64,000 nt of DNA from Ascidiella aspersa (taxonomy: Eukaryota): positions 24,304,001 through 24,368,000 of the forward strand of contig OZ004609.1 of the NCBI GenBank assembly GCA_963924565.1, given 5' to 3'. Positions within the stretch are counted from its first letter, which is position 1, and each line of letters opens with the position of its first letter. The notes beneath the pieces were generated by a model. That model was not told where the DNA came from and did no database searches. It was given only the letters and a program-made list of their open reading frames with translations. The translations under genes and the position numbers were made by a program. Positions 15,001 to 26,895 of the stretch are shown piece after piece.

Positions 15001-16306
15001 TTATTTTTGTTTTGGCGAAAATACAATTGAATTGACATTAAAGATATTCTATAAGGGCATTAAAGCTATACACTGTGGTTAAAAACACATTAATAGCAGA
15101 TTAACGCAAGAATAAAAATTATCACCAAAAATCCTGACCCTTGTGTTGTTGCCTTCTACGTCATTGATTCCAGCAAGTTCTGACGGTGCCAGGGCGTCTG
15201 TACACGGAACGAGTATACATTAACGATAGGACGTGAACTTATAAAGTTAATAACATAAAGCAGAAAACATAAAATATGTTTCCCCCAGCCGATACTCTAG
15301 TACAAGGCTACTCAACTATTTTTAGCAAAGGCCCGGTTACAAAAGTTTAAAATTTGCTTAGATCCGTCATAGCTCTCATAAAATAATTTACAGTCATACA
15401 AAATGTAATACGGTACAATTTACACATTTCCTTCTCTTCAACTGAGAATACTGTAACGTCCGTTACAAAAGATTTTTCAATGATCAACAGCAATTGTTTA
15501 CCAAGAGAAAACTCGTCAAATCGCATTTTTAAGTAAATACTGAGACAGAGGGAGTCCGGATTCAACACTGAAAAGCGGTCCGCCAGTTAAGTATCCCTGC
15601 TCTAGTTTTTACTTTTACCCAGCCAGAATTATCAGTGTTAAAAGGTGCCTATCGCACAACCAGCTGGCGTAATTAAATTTAATCGCGTCATTGCCGCATT
15701 GCCGGGTTTACAGAAGAACCGACCAATTGGTCAATACCATTCCACCGCTTGCAGATCTACAGCCTGCCGTTCTGGAAGAAGATCTCGCCCTACTTCCGCG
15801 TCTTGCCGCCGGCCATCTTCCTCGCAACGGTGACAGCCCTCTGCGGTACCGTGGTGCAGGGCAAAGAGCCAGGCCAGACAGGCTTCGGGCGCATGTACGA
15901 GATGTTCTTCATCCCTGCTGAGGAGTATATGATGCTCTTCGTCTCCTGGCTCTACATCTACGCACTAATCAAGCTGGACTCGGCGTTGCTTGGCGACAAG
16001 CGGCAAGAACCGCAGAGCGAGGCCTCGATCGCCCGACAAGTGCTGGTCGTGAGCGTTGTAGTGCTCATCTACGGTGCCTTCATCGGCGCTTCGGTGGCGA
16101 TGCGCGATGCAACGCACAACCTGCTCGTCATGATGATTATCTTCGTGTTCATTTTCTCGGCCGGCGTCAGCATCACCGTGATCCTTTTCAAGCAGATCAC
16201 CGGTCCGTTCCGCAACCTTGGCCGCAGCCGTCGCGTCTCGGAAAAAGCCGACATTAACGCGAATAAAGGCGAATCTAACCGCGCCTTCTCGTCCGAGCAA
16301 ATGTAA
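6065..16306 (+). CDS. Uncharacterised ~529-aa multi-pass (~12 TM) His-rich membrane protein, 9 exons
   Basis: Exons 6065-6152, 7435-7524, 8304-8411, 8690-8873, 10737-10863, 11918-12063, 12947-13096, 13396-13540, 15755-16306. All junctions are GT-AG and phase-consistent, totalling 1590 nt. Motifs include WYYWKLP, AHQIFIW, FHVLHLVQTHWTYDGTAQDVAISSSQASV, RKYHG, YTFWYHPME, MHLNRYW and IHG. Exon 1 is the least certain. Confidence 0.85.
14024..14602. mobile_element. hAT (Buster-type) MITE in intron 8 of the membrane-protein gene
   Basis: Perfect 15-bp TIR CAGGGATGGCGAACC / GGTTCGCCATCCCTG, with TSD ATATAAGG at 14016-14023 and 14603-14610. Confidence 0.9.
15303..15599. mobile_element. Degenerate hAT MITE
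   Basis: Termini CAAGGCTACTCAACT / AGTTAAGTATCCCTG, with TSD CTCTAGTA / CTCTAGTT (1 mismatch). Confidence 0.65.
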
Positions 16307-19137
16307 GGCATCGGCCTTGTGTTTCTTGTAAATATCAAACTCCTGATTGTTTTTGCTGTTTCAAATGCAAATTGGTGGAAATTATTATTTGAACTGTTAC
16401 TGAGATTTGTTACACCTTTACGTTTATTTCGGTTTCTCTTTTGCTTTGATCTTTACTGATTATAAAACGATTTTCTTTAGTTTAAATTTTTTATTTGCTT
16501 CAATTTTCGGCCGCCAAAAAAGTATCACCCTTTTCTTTCTTTTAGGAAACATACTCACATGTTTGATAACAGTAAGAACGTTTTCCAAAGCTGTCGTAAC
16601 GTTTTGCAACTTTTTATCGGCGATTTATGCCATATATAACACTGATTGGATTTTCAGTGAAAGTTTCTGAGAATATTTTAATTAGGTCTTACGATGGACT
16701 TTCTTAATTTTCTTTACCTTCTTGCCTTCTCTTATATTCCATTTTAATTGCCACGATTTGCTGTATAAATGTTATAAATAAGTTTGCATTTGTAAGATTT
16801 TGTTAGTTGAACGGTTACCAGGTGTATGTGTGATCTAATGACCATTGCCGTCTGGCTTTGTAATGCAGAATCTTGTTTTGGCATACAAACTAACTTCCCC
16901 ACTAAGGCAAACCAGTAAGCCTTTTTTGACACAGACTCTGTTTATAAACGCAGACTAGGTGGCGTAAATGTTTCATAAGAATAAAGTTATACGAAAACTT
17001 TTAAGCCAAAAATAGATTTCTAGTCCAAAATGTTACACGTCAAGTTGCATATTTTCCCTTTATTGGGTATATTTTTTAAGTAGTAATTTAATTCCCAGAA
17101 ACTGAAGCATGAATTAAGATATAAGCAGTTTACCTTCATTTTAATAAAAAATGTTCGCACGATAATTGGCAGCCAACTTAAGCCTTAGTTGAAAGTGTAC
17201 CTGCTTCAAGTCGGCATATTCTTACTACAGCACGCAACTTAGTAAAACAGTAAGATTTGTTTGAATAAAATGTAGTGTTAGGCATGATTTAAAGTTTTTT
17301 ACTCCCATGGGCTAAAAACATGTTTTCCCGTTGAGTTTCCAAGTAGCCAATACGCGGCTTTCAGCAAGAATTTTCGCTTCATAGCGTGTTTATTTTTCAG
17401 AAAACTACACTAAATGTTTGAAGCTACTCGCATAGGCCCAATGCCGTTGACGCCCTTGATATCTGTGTGGTATGCGCAGCAAAGCCGGGCAACATTTCGC
17501 GAGATGCCACACACTAGCTTTTGTGGGGTCGAAGAAGGGGCGCACTAGAGACGGGAGTTAGCGGGTCATGAACAACCTGACTTTGAACCCATGCTGCGTT
17601 ACGCTGGCTGCTTCCTCTGTGCAATTGCTGCTTTGTCTGGCGAATCGGTCGCCGTGACGCCGGACAGTCTGCGCAGACGCACCCGTCTGTCCCGGACATT
17701 CGTCGCGGTTATCCAACCGTTTTTAAGGCGTGATATTTCGCTTTAACACAAAGCTAAATAGAAAGCAGTTGTGTGTGTGTTCTCGGTGTTGGAATCCCAC
17801 ATGTAGGCTCTTGGCCTAAGTCAAACCCAAAATACACATTCGTTGTTTTCACGTTGTGTATGAAAGTGCTTTGTACCTGTATAAACCAGTCTAAATATCC
17901 AATTAATTTTAAGCAACTTTTCAAAGTCTGCGGGATACAAACAAATTGGTTCATCAACACCCGGTTTGTTAACATTTTGTACTCGGGAATTTGCGCACTT
18001 GTTTGACAATATAAAAGAGGATGTTTATAGATAGATTTCTATTTTTTGAAACGGCAACAACTAGAACGCAGTACAAAGTTGACAAAGCAAATAACAGTTG
18101 TTTGTTTTTCTTTTTAAATTATCGTGTAAGAAAACTATGATAAATTGACCAACTCTAAAATACTTGCAAGTGATGACTGATGATATATATGCGTTTCAGC
18201 AAAATCCGCGCGATAATTTATGCTTTAACGACATAAAATTCAGGTTAAATAGATCTTATATTCAGTGAGGGCCCTTTACCAAGAAAGTTGATTCCACATT
18301 TACGTAATCCGATATGTGCATGGTATGTTATTGTAAGATAACAAAAATTAATTTGTTTTATAAGAATAAAAAGGGTTTATCTTAAATCCGTGTTCCCTGG
18401 TTTGTATAGTGTTAACTAACGATTTTAATATTATAACTCAACTAGACTATTTCCATAACCAATCACAATACTCTTTTACTATATTTTTCTTATATTGTAT
18501 AAGCACTTTAATTTTAATAATAATATTGTGTATGTACAACATCAAAACAAATTTGTAAATGCTTCATTTAAAGTTTTTCGACCCACTGCGCTTACAAACA
18601 GTGCTATAGATTATTTTAGCAATTAATACAAATTAGCCCAGTCCGAATTACCAGTTACCCAAAGTCATTATTAGATAAAGTCGACTTTAAATCAAGTCTT
18701 GACATATAGGCTAAAAAAATTGCAAGCTGCTTTACGCGAAAATTGGGATAAAATTACCCTTAATGCAAACACTACATTTCACCCACGTAATTTGACCAAA
18801 TGACCTAATGCCATGACTTAAGATAAGGCAAGTTACATTTACCGAAACAACTTTTTTTCAAATCATTTGAAAACTGAAACTTGAATGTACCAAAGTCAAG
18901 TCATTTATCATAGGAGAGTCATTAAAAGTCAGTACAACATTGACAGCTACTAAAACAGTATCACTTACTAAACATTTTTAGTTAAATTTGTAATTTAAGT
19001 TTTAACATAAAAGTTCAATTTCGTTTGACATTCAAATATCTTAGCTTCAATTTTCGATATGTATATTGTAAATATTTCAAGATTTAAATATATTACAGGA
19101 TAGCAGATGGTGGTACATATATTTGCATTGGGCACAT

Positions 19138-22100
19138 TTACCAGCCTGGGTCAACCACTCTTCCGACCTTGTGGGCCTTGATATTTTTAATTTGAACCGC
19201 GTCAAAGTCGGCCACCATGTCAACTTCTCCTTCCCTGAAGGCATAAACCTGAATCGTGCCTGTCGTGTACGTTTCGCCAGGTGGTATGGGTCGACTGCAA
19301 AAAAATATTAATTTTGCCATAAGCTGCTATTGTTTTGATTTTGCGACCTACTTCGGAACGGAATTTGCTTTGAGATGCTAATTATAAACAACAGCTTTTT
19401 CAGTTAACCACCACTAACGAAGAAAAAACATATTAAAATACTTAAAAACAAGATAAAAACACCGTTCAAATGTTGACTGGTACAATCATCTCAACTTACC
19501 TAGCCTTAACAAGGTCACCATAAATTCCTGGTCCTTCTATATAGAACACCCCTTCTGTAAGCGTAACGGGTAGTACGTTTGTGATGCTGAAGGAGACGTC
19601 AAAATTGTACTGGTTAAGAGGCATCTTCTCTCCTCCCTTTGTAAAATTGAGTGTCTGTTACAAACAGGGCTGCGGAGTCGGGGACGAACTCGAGAATTCG
19701 TCGATCTTATAGCCACATAAACAACTCCGTCGAGTCAAGAGTCCGAGGTGCGCTTGCACAGCAGCAATGGTGGGTGGATAACTATATGACACCCCTATAG
19801 GTGAGCTACCTCATCCCAGTAAAGTTTCGTGAATGGGTGAAATAGAGGTTGCAAAGTCGAAGCCGACGGAGTCGGTAAATGGCAAATCCCGGTTTTGGCA
19901 GGCACTACACCAAAATAATTTGTACTGTATTATAAATGAGTGCATGGGGACCTTTTTGAGTGCTCCTTTCAATAAAAAGAAGTATGAATCAGCAAATGAA
20001 ACAAATACTTACTAAATTAGTTTATTAACAGCAATTTAACACTATTGGCCGCCAAAACTACCCATCCATGAAGCACAATTTTACTGCTGGCTTTAAACAG
20101 CTTATTACATTTGAGGTAAAATGTCAATGTGGTGAGGCATTGTAATATATGATCCTGTAGGCTACCTAAAAACGCATATCTATGGAACTTACAATAATTT
20201 TCAAACAGTCCGGGCTCGTAATCTTGAGATCATACGTTTCTACAAAAAAATCGTCGGTGTTGACAATTCTGACAGTTGTTATCACCGAAACAATATTCTC
20301 ATCTACTAGCAAACTCCCGTAATCACTGAATGGCATCGTCAACGTCTGTTGGTCATCTAAAAATATGCAGTGTTACATGTTACGATAAATGCGACAAAAG
20401 CTTATTAGAGCAGCTCGCTTCATTGATTCAACAGATTTCTGCCTGAACAGCTTTTTAGCCAACATGTTTGTACGCCGAAATACTTTTTTTTCTTATGTGA
20501 GAAAAAACTCAAGAACACCATAACGGCTTTTACCTACTTCCGACCGTTGCATCCTTTTCCACCCGTTTAATGAAACCATTTCGTTTGCCTGTGTTGAGTA
20601 CGCTGTACATGACTGTTGTAATGTGAACCTTGACACTTTTTCCCAAAGAGCTTGTCACCTTAAATAAATCGTTTCACAGTCAAATTTACTGTCTAAACAA
20701 CAAAAAAGCCTTTTTAAAGAACTTGCTTGAAACTTGAGTATAGCAACAAGTAAGGATTTAATCTCATTCAAGGAGCTCACTCATGGATTAAATTAGGCCA
20801 TTGCCTTACCCCAACTTGCAGCTTCACGTCTTGACCATTGACAGCTTTTCCCACTGGTTTGATGTCGATTGCAATTCCGGTCTCCTCCTGGGCCATAAAG
20901 TCCTCATGCCACTCTTTCTTTACGCCGTGGGCGAATGCTCGTTCGAACGCTTCACGTTCCTCTGGCGTTCCTGGTGCATATATACTTATAAATATAATAG
21001 TTTGAAATCTGTTCTCTGTGGATTTTTGTAGTTTTTTTGTTTATACCTTCTTTGTATTTGTAATGGCCAGTCACATCTTCACGTTCGTTTGTTCCCACAG
21101 CCTTAGTACTGATGTTGAGGCCAACCTTGCCCGTGATCCTCTTCATCATCCCGGTCACTTCACCGATATTGTTTACCTTCCACTGCACTATGTCAGCATT
21201 TACCTGAAAATAAATCTATCTGACAGAAAATATTCTGTGTTTGGGACAGATTTTGCTTCCAATACAAGTTCGATTGGCTACTAATAACTTAGTAACAAAA
21301 TCCAATGTGTTTTGTCAGTGTAAACGCTCACAACGTGCGTCTTCCCTGTTTGCTGATTAACATTTCTCACCTCGCTGAAGATGAACTCGGTATCTTTTCC
21401 GATATACACCTCCCCTTTCTTGATCGCTTTGATTGGACAGGGACCGCATTGCATGACACCTTCACTCCGTTCCTGTGGCGTAGCATCCACGGCTTGCCAT
21501 CCATCGTATCCTTTCAACAACCAGGAAGGAAAATTAGGCTTAAACATTAACGTGGTGCAGTTTTGTCATTAAGACAAGAATCGCGATTGTTGAGAATAAA
21601 ATCATGAAAACTTTTGTTCTTAACCAGTACAACTTTATAATCGTGTTGCCTTATTGCAGGTTGGCACAACTCTTTTGCTGTCTTTACACGTTGCTAATTG
21701 TAAGCTTTTAATCTATGGAGCTCATATCGACTAGCAACGCTTCATGGTCAATAAAAAGATTTTCCGTCGCCATTTTTGATATAGCGCATACCAGGGACAA
21801 GGTCGGGCCTGGCGAACCAGGTCTCGTTCCACACATGAAAGTTCCAGATGGAGTCTTCTTCGTTTTCCTTATCAATGGGGAAACCATACAAGAAAAACCG
21901 ATCGATGGTCATGGAAAAGTCGGTGTCGTGAGCCGAGCGGTAGTTGGTAACTGGACGCGTTGGAATGCCAATGGCTCGAAGCACTGTGCAAACGTTTACA
22001 GGAAATTACAATAAAATTAGTGGTTATATTACTTTAATTATCCATCCCTATACATGATTAACAAAACTGTAGCCAAAATTGAACGATAAATCACGATAAG

Positions 22101-25100
22101 GCCTACAATCCCGAGGCACAGAAATCGATTCAAAACCATCGGTAGTTTTTTTAATTGATAAAGGTTTCCTCAAATAAGACTATTTTGCAGATACACATAT
22201 CGCCATATAGGGAGTTGACACTATATTATAGCACTAAAAAATATTAACTGGTGTTCACTTGACCGAAATCAATCATTACATAAACGTGAATATCAGGTCT
22301 GTCAGTGTTTCACCTGTGGTCAAAACGGCAGCGAACACCCAGCATTGTCCGTACTTCACCGATTTTTTCTCCTTGTTCCATTCCCTCAGAATCGCTGCAC
22401 TGCCTGACCAAGAGGTAGGGACTCTTCCTTCAGAGTATTTGCCTTCCCAGCTCCCTACCAGCACGCCATTATCATCTGCACTGTTTATCTATAAGACACA
22501 CGTACATTACCATATTTTAACCAATTTACTTACGTTTATTCGTAGCCGAATCGATGCGATACCAAAAATAAAAGCCGCACTGTTGCTACACGACATAAAT
22601 AAATTAAGTTCCAGTTGGAATGTTTACAAAGATTTTTACCGTATTTGTAATTTGTGCTCACGAAAGAATTTTAAAAACAAGGGTTATAATTTATCAATTC
22701 ACATCTATACTTTCCTATTTAAAAAATAGGTTTTATCTTGTTTTACTTGCTGCTACCGGAAGATGAAAAAATTCATTACGGTTAGGTATCATCGTTACGC
22801 AGGAAAAATGTATTGCCCTTCATTTTGCTTAGTTTATGGCTTACCATTGCTGAAAGCACTCGGCTGCAGTAAACTGGTGACGAACGTTTTTTCACGCTCT
22901 TCACGGCATTTTGTTTCGCCGTGGGATTTTCTCTCATCAGTTTGAGAGCGATGTTTAGGATATTCTCGTCGAATTGACTGTAAGCCCATCTATAGGGTTC
23001 GATATCTGAAGCAGATCCTTTGTATAGTAAACCCTTGTCTGCAAGAACGTACTCCTGTAGCTTGGCGTCTTCTTCCATGTAACACACATCGCCTAAAAGC
23101 AGTGTTGAAATGCCTTAAGTCATTGATTGACTTAAGTGCACATAAGTCACTGTTTTTTAATTAAAATGACTTGACTTAAGTCCTTTGACCGAAATTGACT
23201 TGACTTGACTTAAGTCTTTTGGACAAATGACATGACTTGGACTTAATTTTGTCAAAATCTTGGGATTAAATAAAGTGTTTTTGAATTAAATTTATCCTAT
23301 GTTTTGCACATTAAACACTGTTATTGGTGTATATTGCGTTTGTGTTATTTTTTTAGTTAAATTGTTGCTTATAATCGGACATGTTTACCAATTTTAATGG
23401 TTTAACAGCTTAGCTTTATGTCAATGGCATGGCATGAAAAATAAAAATCGTCTTTTTACTACTGTGAATTACGCTCACCAGGGCTAAATGGGTTAAAGAT
23501 CACGATAACGCTTTGTCTAGCTGTTGTTTCCTTCTGCACACCTCCCTCCATCTCACTCCCCACGGTTATGGAGAGCTTGTAACTTCCAATTATCGCATTA
23601 TAAGGAATGTTGACAACCAAGCTTACCTATAGTTTCGAATGAAAGCGTTATATTTACATGAGATTTTCTTGTTTAGTAATATGTTTTGAGAAAATCTGTA
23701 TTGGTGGAAAACGCTTTACTGTAAATAAAAGATACAAAAAGAATTTTGCTGCACACGCAAGGTACATCATTTCATTAGTTCTTGAACGACATGACTCATT
23801 TTATGCTCGCAGATAACTCGAACAATACTTTTTGTCGTCTACCTTCTTGTTGTCGTCATCTTGCTTGTCGATATTTGCCGACCATTTTTTTACTATCAAT
23901 TTCTTAACCGGAACCTTGATCTTTGTACCGTTTGCGGAAGTTGGATCTGGGCCTATAAAATGCATTATTTTAGTCAGCTTCATTGTTCTATACTTTTAAT
24001 TGTATTTTGAAATACATATACTATGAAAAAAGAGAAAAATAATTTATTTATGTATATGTATGCACTATACTCGCACTATTTGATTTAGGAAAGGTTTTAT
24101 ACAAATACTATATATAACCGTGTAATATTTCAAGTGGAAATTAGCTTATTAGACTAAACATTGCAAGCCCTTGATCGCTTTGATCGGACTTAAAAAAAAA
24201 ACAGTAGTAATAAACTCACCAATGGAAAATTCGAGAGTGATGCTGTCTTTCGCTGGAAGAAATGCTCGGTTTTAAAAATGACATCGATCAGAAAAGTATC
24301 AGCTCGTCGCACGACCAAGTCTTTGTTGACATACTTCGTCGTATGATGGCGTTTTGTATTTTGAACCTTTAAGTAGTCCAGTTTCAGAACTTTCAGTACA
24401 TCGCCTTTGTATAAAGATACTTAATTTCGTTCGGTTCATTTTTTTTATTTATTTTTGTCTGACAAGTGTATTTTGTTTGTCTCATTATAATTGTGACACA
24501 ACTTTTTGCAGTCGTTCAAAGAGTCATAACAAGGAACATTAATTTATTGTTTGGAAAAACAAACTGATAATATTCAAAACTATTAGTTCTGTAGTTTTAT
24601 AAATGCGTGTTGTTCGATTTGCACTACTTGAGGTTAACCAACTTCTCCATAAATCGTCTTGATTTTATTATACAAGTAGCGCAAAGAAAGACATATTTAT
24701 TTTGTAATTCTAATAACCTGTGCGTAAATTGAACGTAGTAAATCCACATAGCTTTAGCACGGAGTTACACACCTTGCGCGGCCGTCGACAGTAACGTATT
24801 CGCCCGTGCATATGTTTAAGAAAACACAAGATTTGACGGCCGTATATTGATACAAACTTTTTGTTCACTTGTGCGAAAATTTGAATTTTGAAACTGGTCC
24901 AAACCAAAGAAGGGTTTAATGCAGTGGTTCCTAATTTTTTTAGGTTGCGGCACACTAAAAAAAACTTAAATATTTCGCGGCTTACTTTTAACAGACCAAC
25001 AATGAAGTATAACATGTTACAATCGCCCTTAACACACGACAAATTTGTAATGGATAGTGCGTAGTTGAGTCTAAAATAATTGCGTGTATGCCTATTGGTA

Positions 25101-26895
25101 ATACAGATAAGTTAGATAACTTGTTTTCCGAAATTACAAAAAGTTTCGCGGCACACTTGACAATCTCTTGAGGCATTGTGTGCCGCGGCATACAGTTTGG
25201 GAATCACTGGTTTAATGTAATAGGCCAGGCAGACATCAGCCTTCAGTTGCCGGTTAACTTGGCAATATCAGTATGGATAACCAATGCGAAAAGAATTACC
25301 ACATAATGTAAAAGTTATGGCCCAATTCAGCCGAAAGGCGTCGTGTAAAATCGTCACCTTTTCTATGTACCCAGAGCCGAGTGCTACCGTTATGTGGTTC
25401 AGAAATCAAATTCTGCCAAACTATAGCTAGTGCTTTTTTACTGTTTGGGCAAATCTATAATTTTTTGCAAAAGGCCATTTGATCGTAAACGTTTGTAACA
25501 GTTGTAACACCCGTCCTACATTTAAAACAATATAAACGTTTAATATGAGTTTTTTTCGCTTCGTGTGATCTATTTACATTATTTCGATGCAGCTATGCCG
25601 TTGTTGAGTAAATAGTGGTAATCTTTTTGTATTCACATTGCGTCAAGTTTCGTTTTAACAAAAGTTCTAGTCACTTTGGAGCATAATAGTTGGAGGTTGT
25701 AGTAAAACGTAATAAGAACGTCAAAGCCCATATAGAAGGACATACTTCTGTATGGACAATGGTTTTAATATTGCGTTTTACTCTGCACACTTTTTAAAAC
25801 TAAAACGCTCTAATGTGTTTTTTTAGATTATTTAGCAAAAAATTACTTAAGCGTTGACAAGTGAGTTTCCTACCGCTGTAAATCATCGCCGATAATAATG
25901 CTTTGTCAATTTTGTACTGGATCGGCGCCGATACAACCGACGAGGACCGATTTATCCCTTTGTTTTGGTTATCGCCTCTGATTCGATATTATCGGACACC
26001 CCTGGGCCCTGTTGGCCAACAGGGGGCGTGGCGTTATTTTGCACAATGTGCGCAAAAATGTGCGCACAGTTTAAACTGCCTTCCAAAATGTGTGCACTTC
26101 TCTTAAACAATGTGCGCACATTTTGAAGGCATTTTAAAATGTGCGCACATTTTGAAAAAAAGTGCGCACATTTTTGAAGGCAGTTCAACATGTGGGCACA
26201 TTGTTGAAAAAATGCGCACATTGTTAAAAAAGTGTGCACATTTTTTAAGGCAGTTCAAAATGTGCGAAGATTGTTAAAAAAAGTGACATTTTTTTTTTAA
26301 AAAAAAGTCACATTTTTTGCACATTTTGACGTGCACATTGTGCAAAAAATGTTCGCATCCCCGTCTCCCCCCTGCTAAAATACTAGAAAGGAAGTACTGT
26401 AGGTAGCGTTTAGTTTGTATATAAGGCAAACTACTATATAGCAAAGTCAACAATTTACTCGGAGGCGGATCTTTCACTTTCTGAACCCATTGTTTAGCTG
26501 TCAATTCGTCGACATTTTCAATAACATATCTGTCCAAAAGTTCTGGGTTTCGGTCTATGTAATTCTTTAGAAAACCTGGATTCTCGTCAAGGAACTCTGT
26601 CATCTCTGCATACAAAAAATAACTGTTTAGAAAGCGAAAAAAACCTAATTTGATATTAGCAATTTTTGAAACATTAACCAAGACACAACAAGTTGTTTTA
26701 TGGTGCGGTAGCTTAACCATATTCCATACAATATTAAAAGTTTTCAATTATGGATTGGAGGCAAAAAATATTTACAAATTTTATGTTTGCCTACATAATA
26801 CGTTATTAGGTCTATATTGATTTATTATATTTAAGGATTTTTATCTGCTAACTAAATTAATCTATTGTACCTTCTTTATCTATAGTGTTTCCCAT
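19138..26895 (-). CDS. Transglutaminase paralogue A (protein-glutamine gamma-glutamyltransferase), 15 coding exons, ~761 aa if the exon-3 frameshift is corrected; may be a pseudogene or null allele
   Basis: Exons (minus strand): 26895-26871, 26605-26459, 24404-24220, 23952-23843, 23626-23479, 23092-22845, 22488-22314, 21983-21792, 21510-21371, 21203-21047, 20970-20810, 20658-20538, 20356-20193, 19654-19500, 19294-19138. Motifs [10 protein letters not shown] (Cys codon 22342-22344), WNFHVWNE and [10 protein letters not shown] are present. Exon 3 is 185 nt versus 186 nt in both paralogues. Confidence 0.92.
23098..23260. repeat. GACTT/AAGTC-rich dispersed repeat
   Basis: Array of GACTTGACTTAAGTC-like units beginning CAGTGTTG. 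Related stretches occur at ~40650-40990, ~51466-51530 and ~53860-53970. Confidence 0.6.
24922..25209. mobile_element. hAT (Buster-type) MITE in TG-A intron 2
   Basis: Termini CAGTGGTTCCTAA / TTGGGAATCACTG, with a perfect TSD GTTTAATG at 24914-24921 and 25210-25217. Confidence 0.85.
26020..26374. repeat. TIR-bounded element filled with tandem palindromic AAAATGTGCGCACATTTT units
   Basis: Begins CAGGGGG...TTTTGCACAATGTGCG and ends TGCACATTGTGCAAAAAA...CCCCCTG (inverted). About 10 degenerate TGTGCGCACA units lie in between. Confidence 0.8.

Noticed and set aside
17440-17720. GC-richer patch with same-frame LWGRR and THAALRWL, reminiscent of Ty3/Gypsy RNase H
   Set aside because: The spacing is wrong, there are several stops, and no LTR, RT or integrase is nearby. 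It could be chance.
24262-24282. Programmed -1 ribosomal frameshift rescuing TG-A at TTTTTAAAAC
   Set aside because: In the reading frame the codons are ATT TTT AAA ACC. This is not an X XXY YYZ slippery register, and the paralogues simply have one more base.
26020-26374. CRISPR-like array of palindromic repeats
   Set aside because: Eukaryotic context, degenerate repeats, spacers that are themselves repetitive, and no cas genes.
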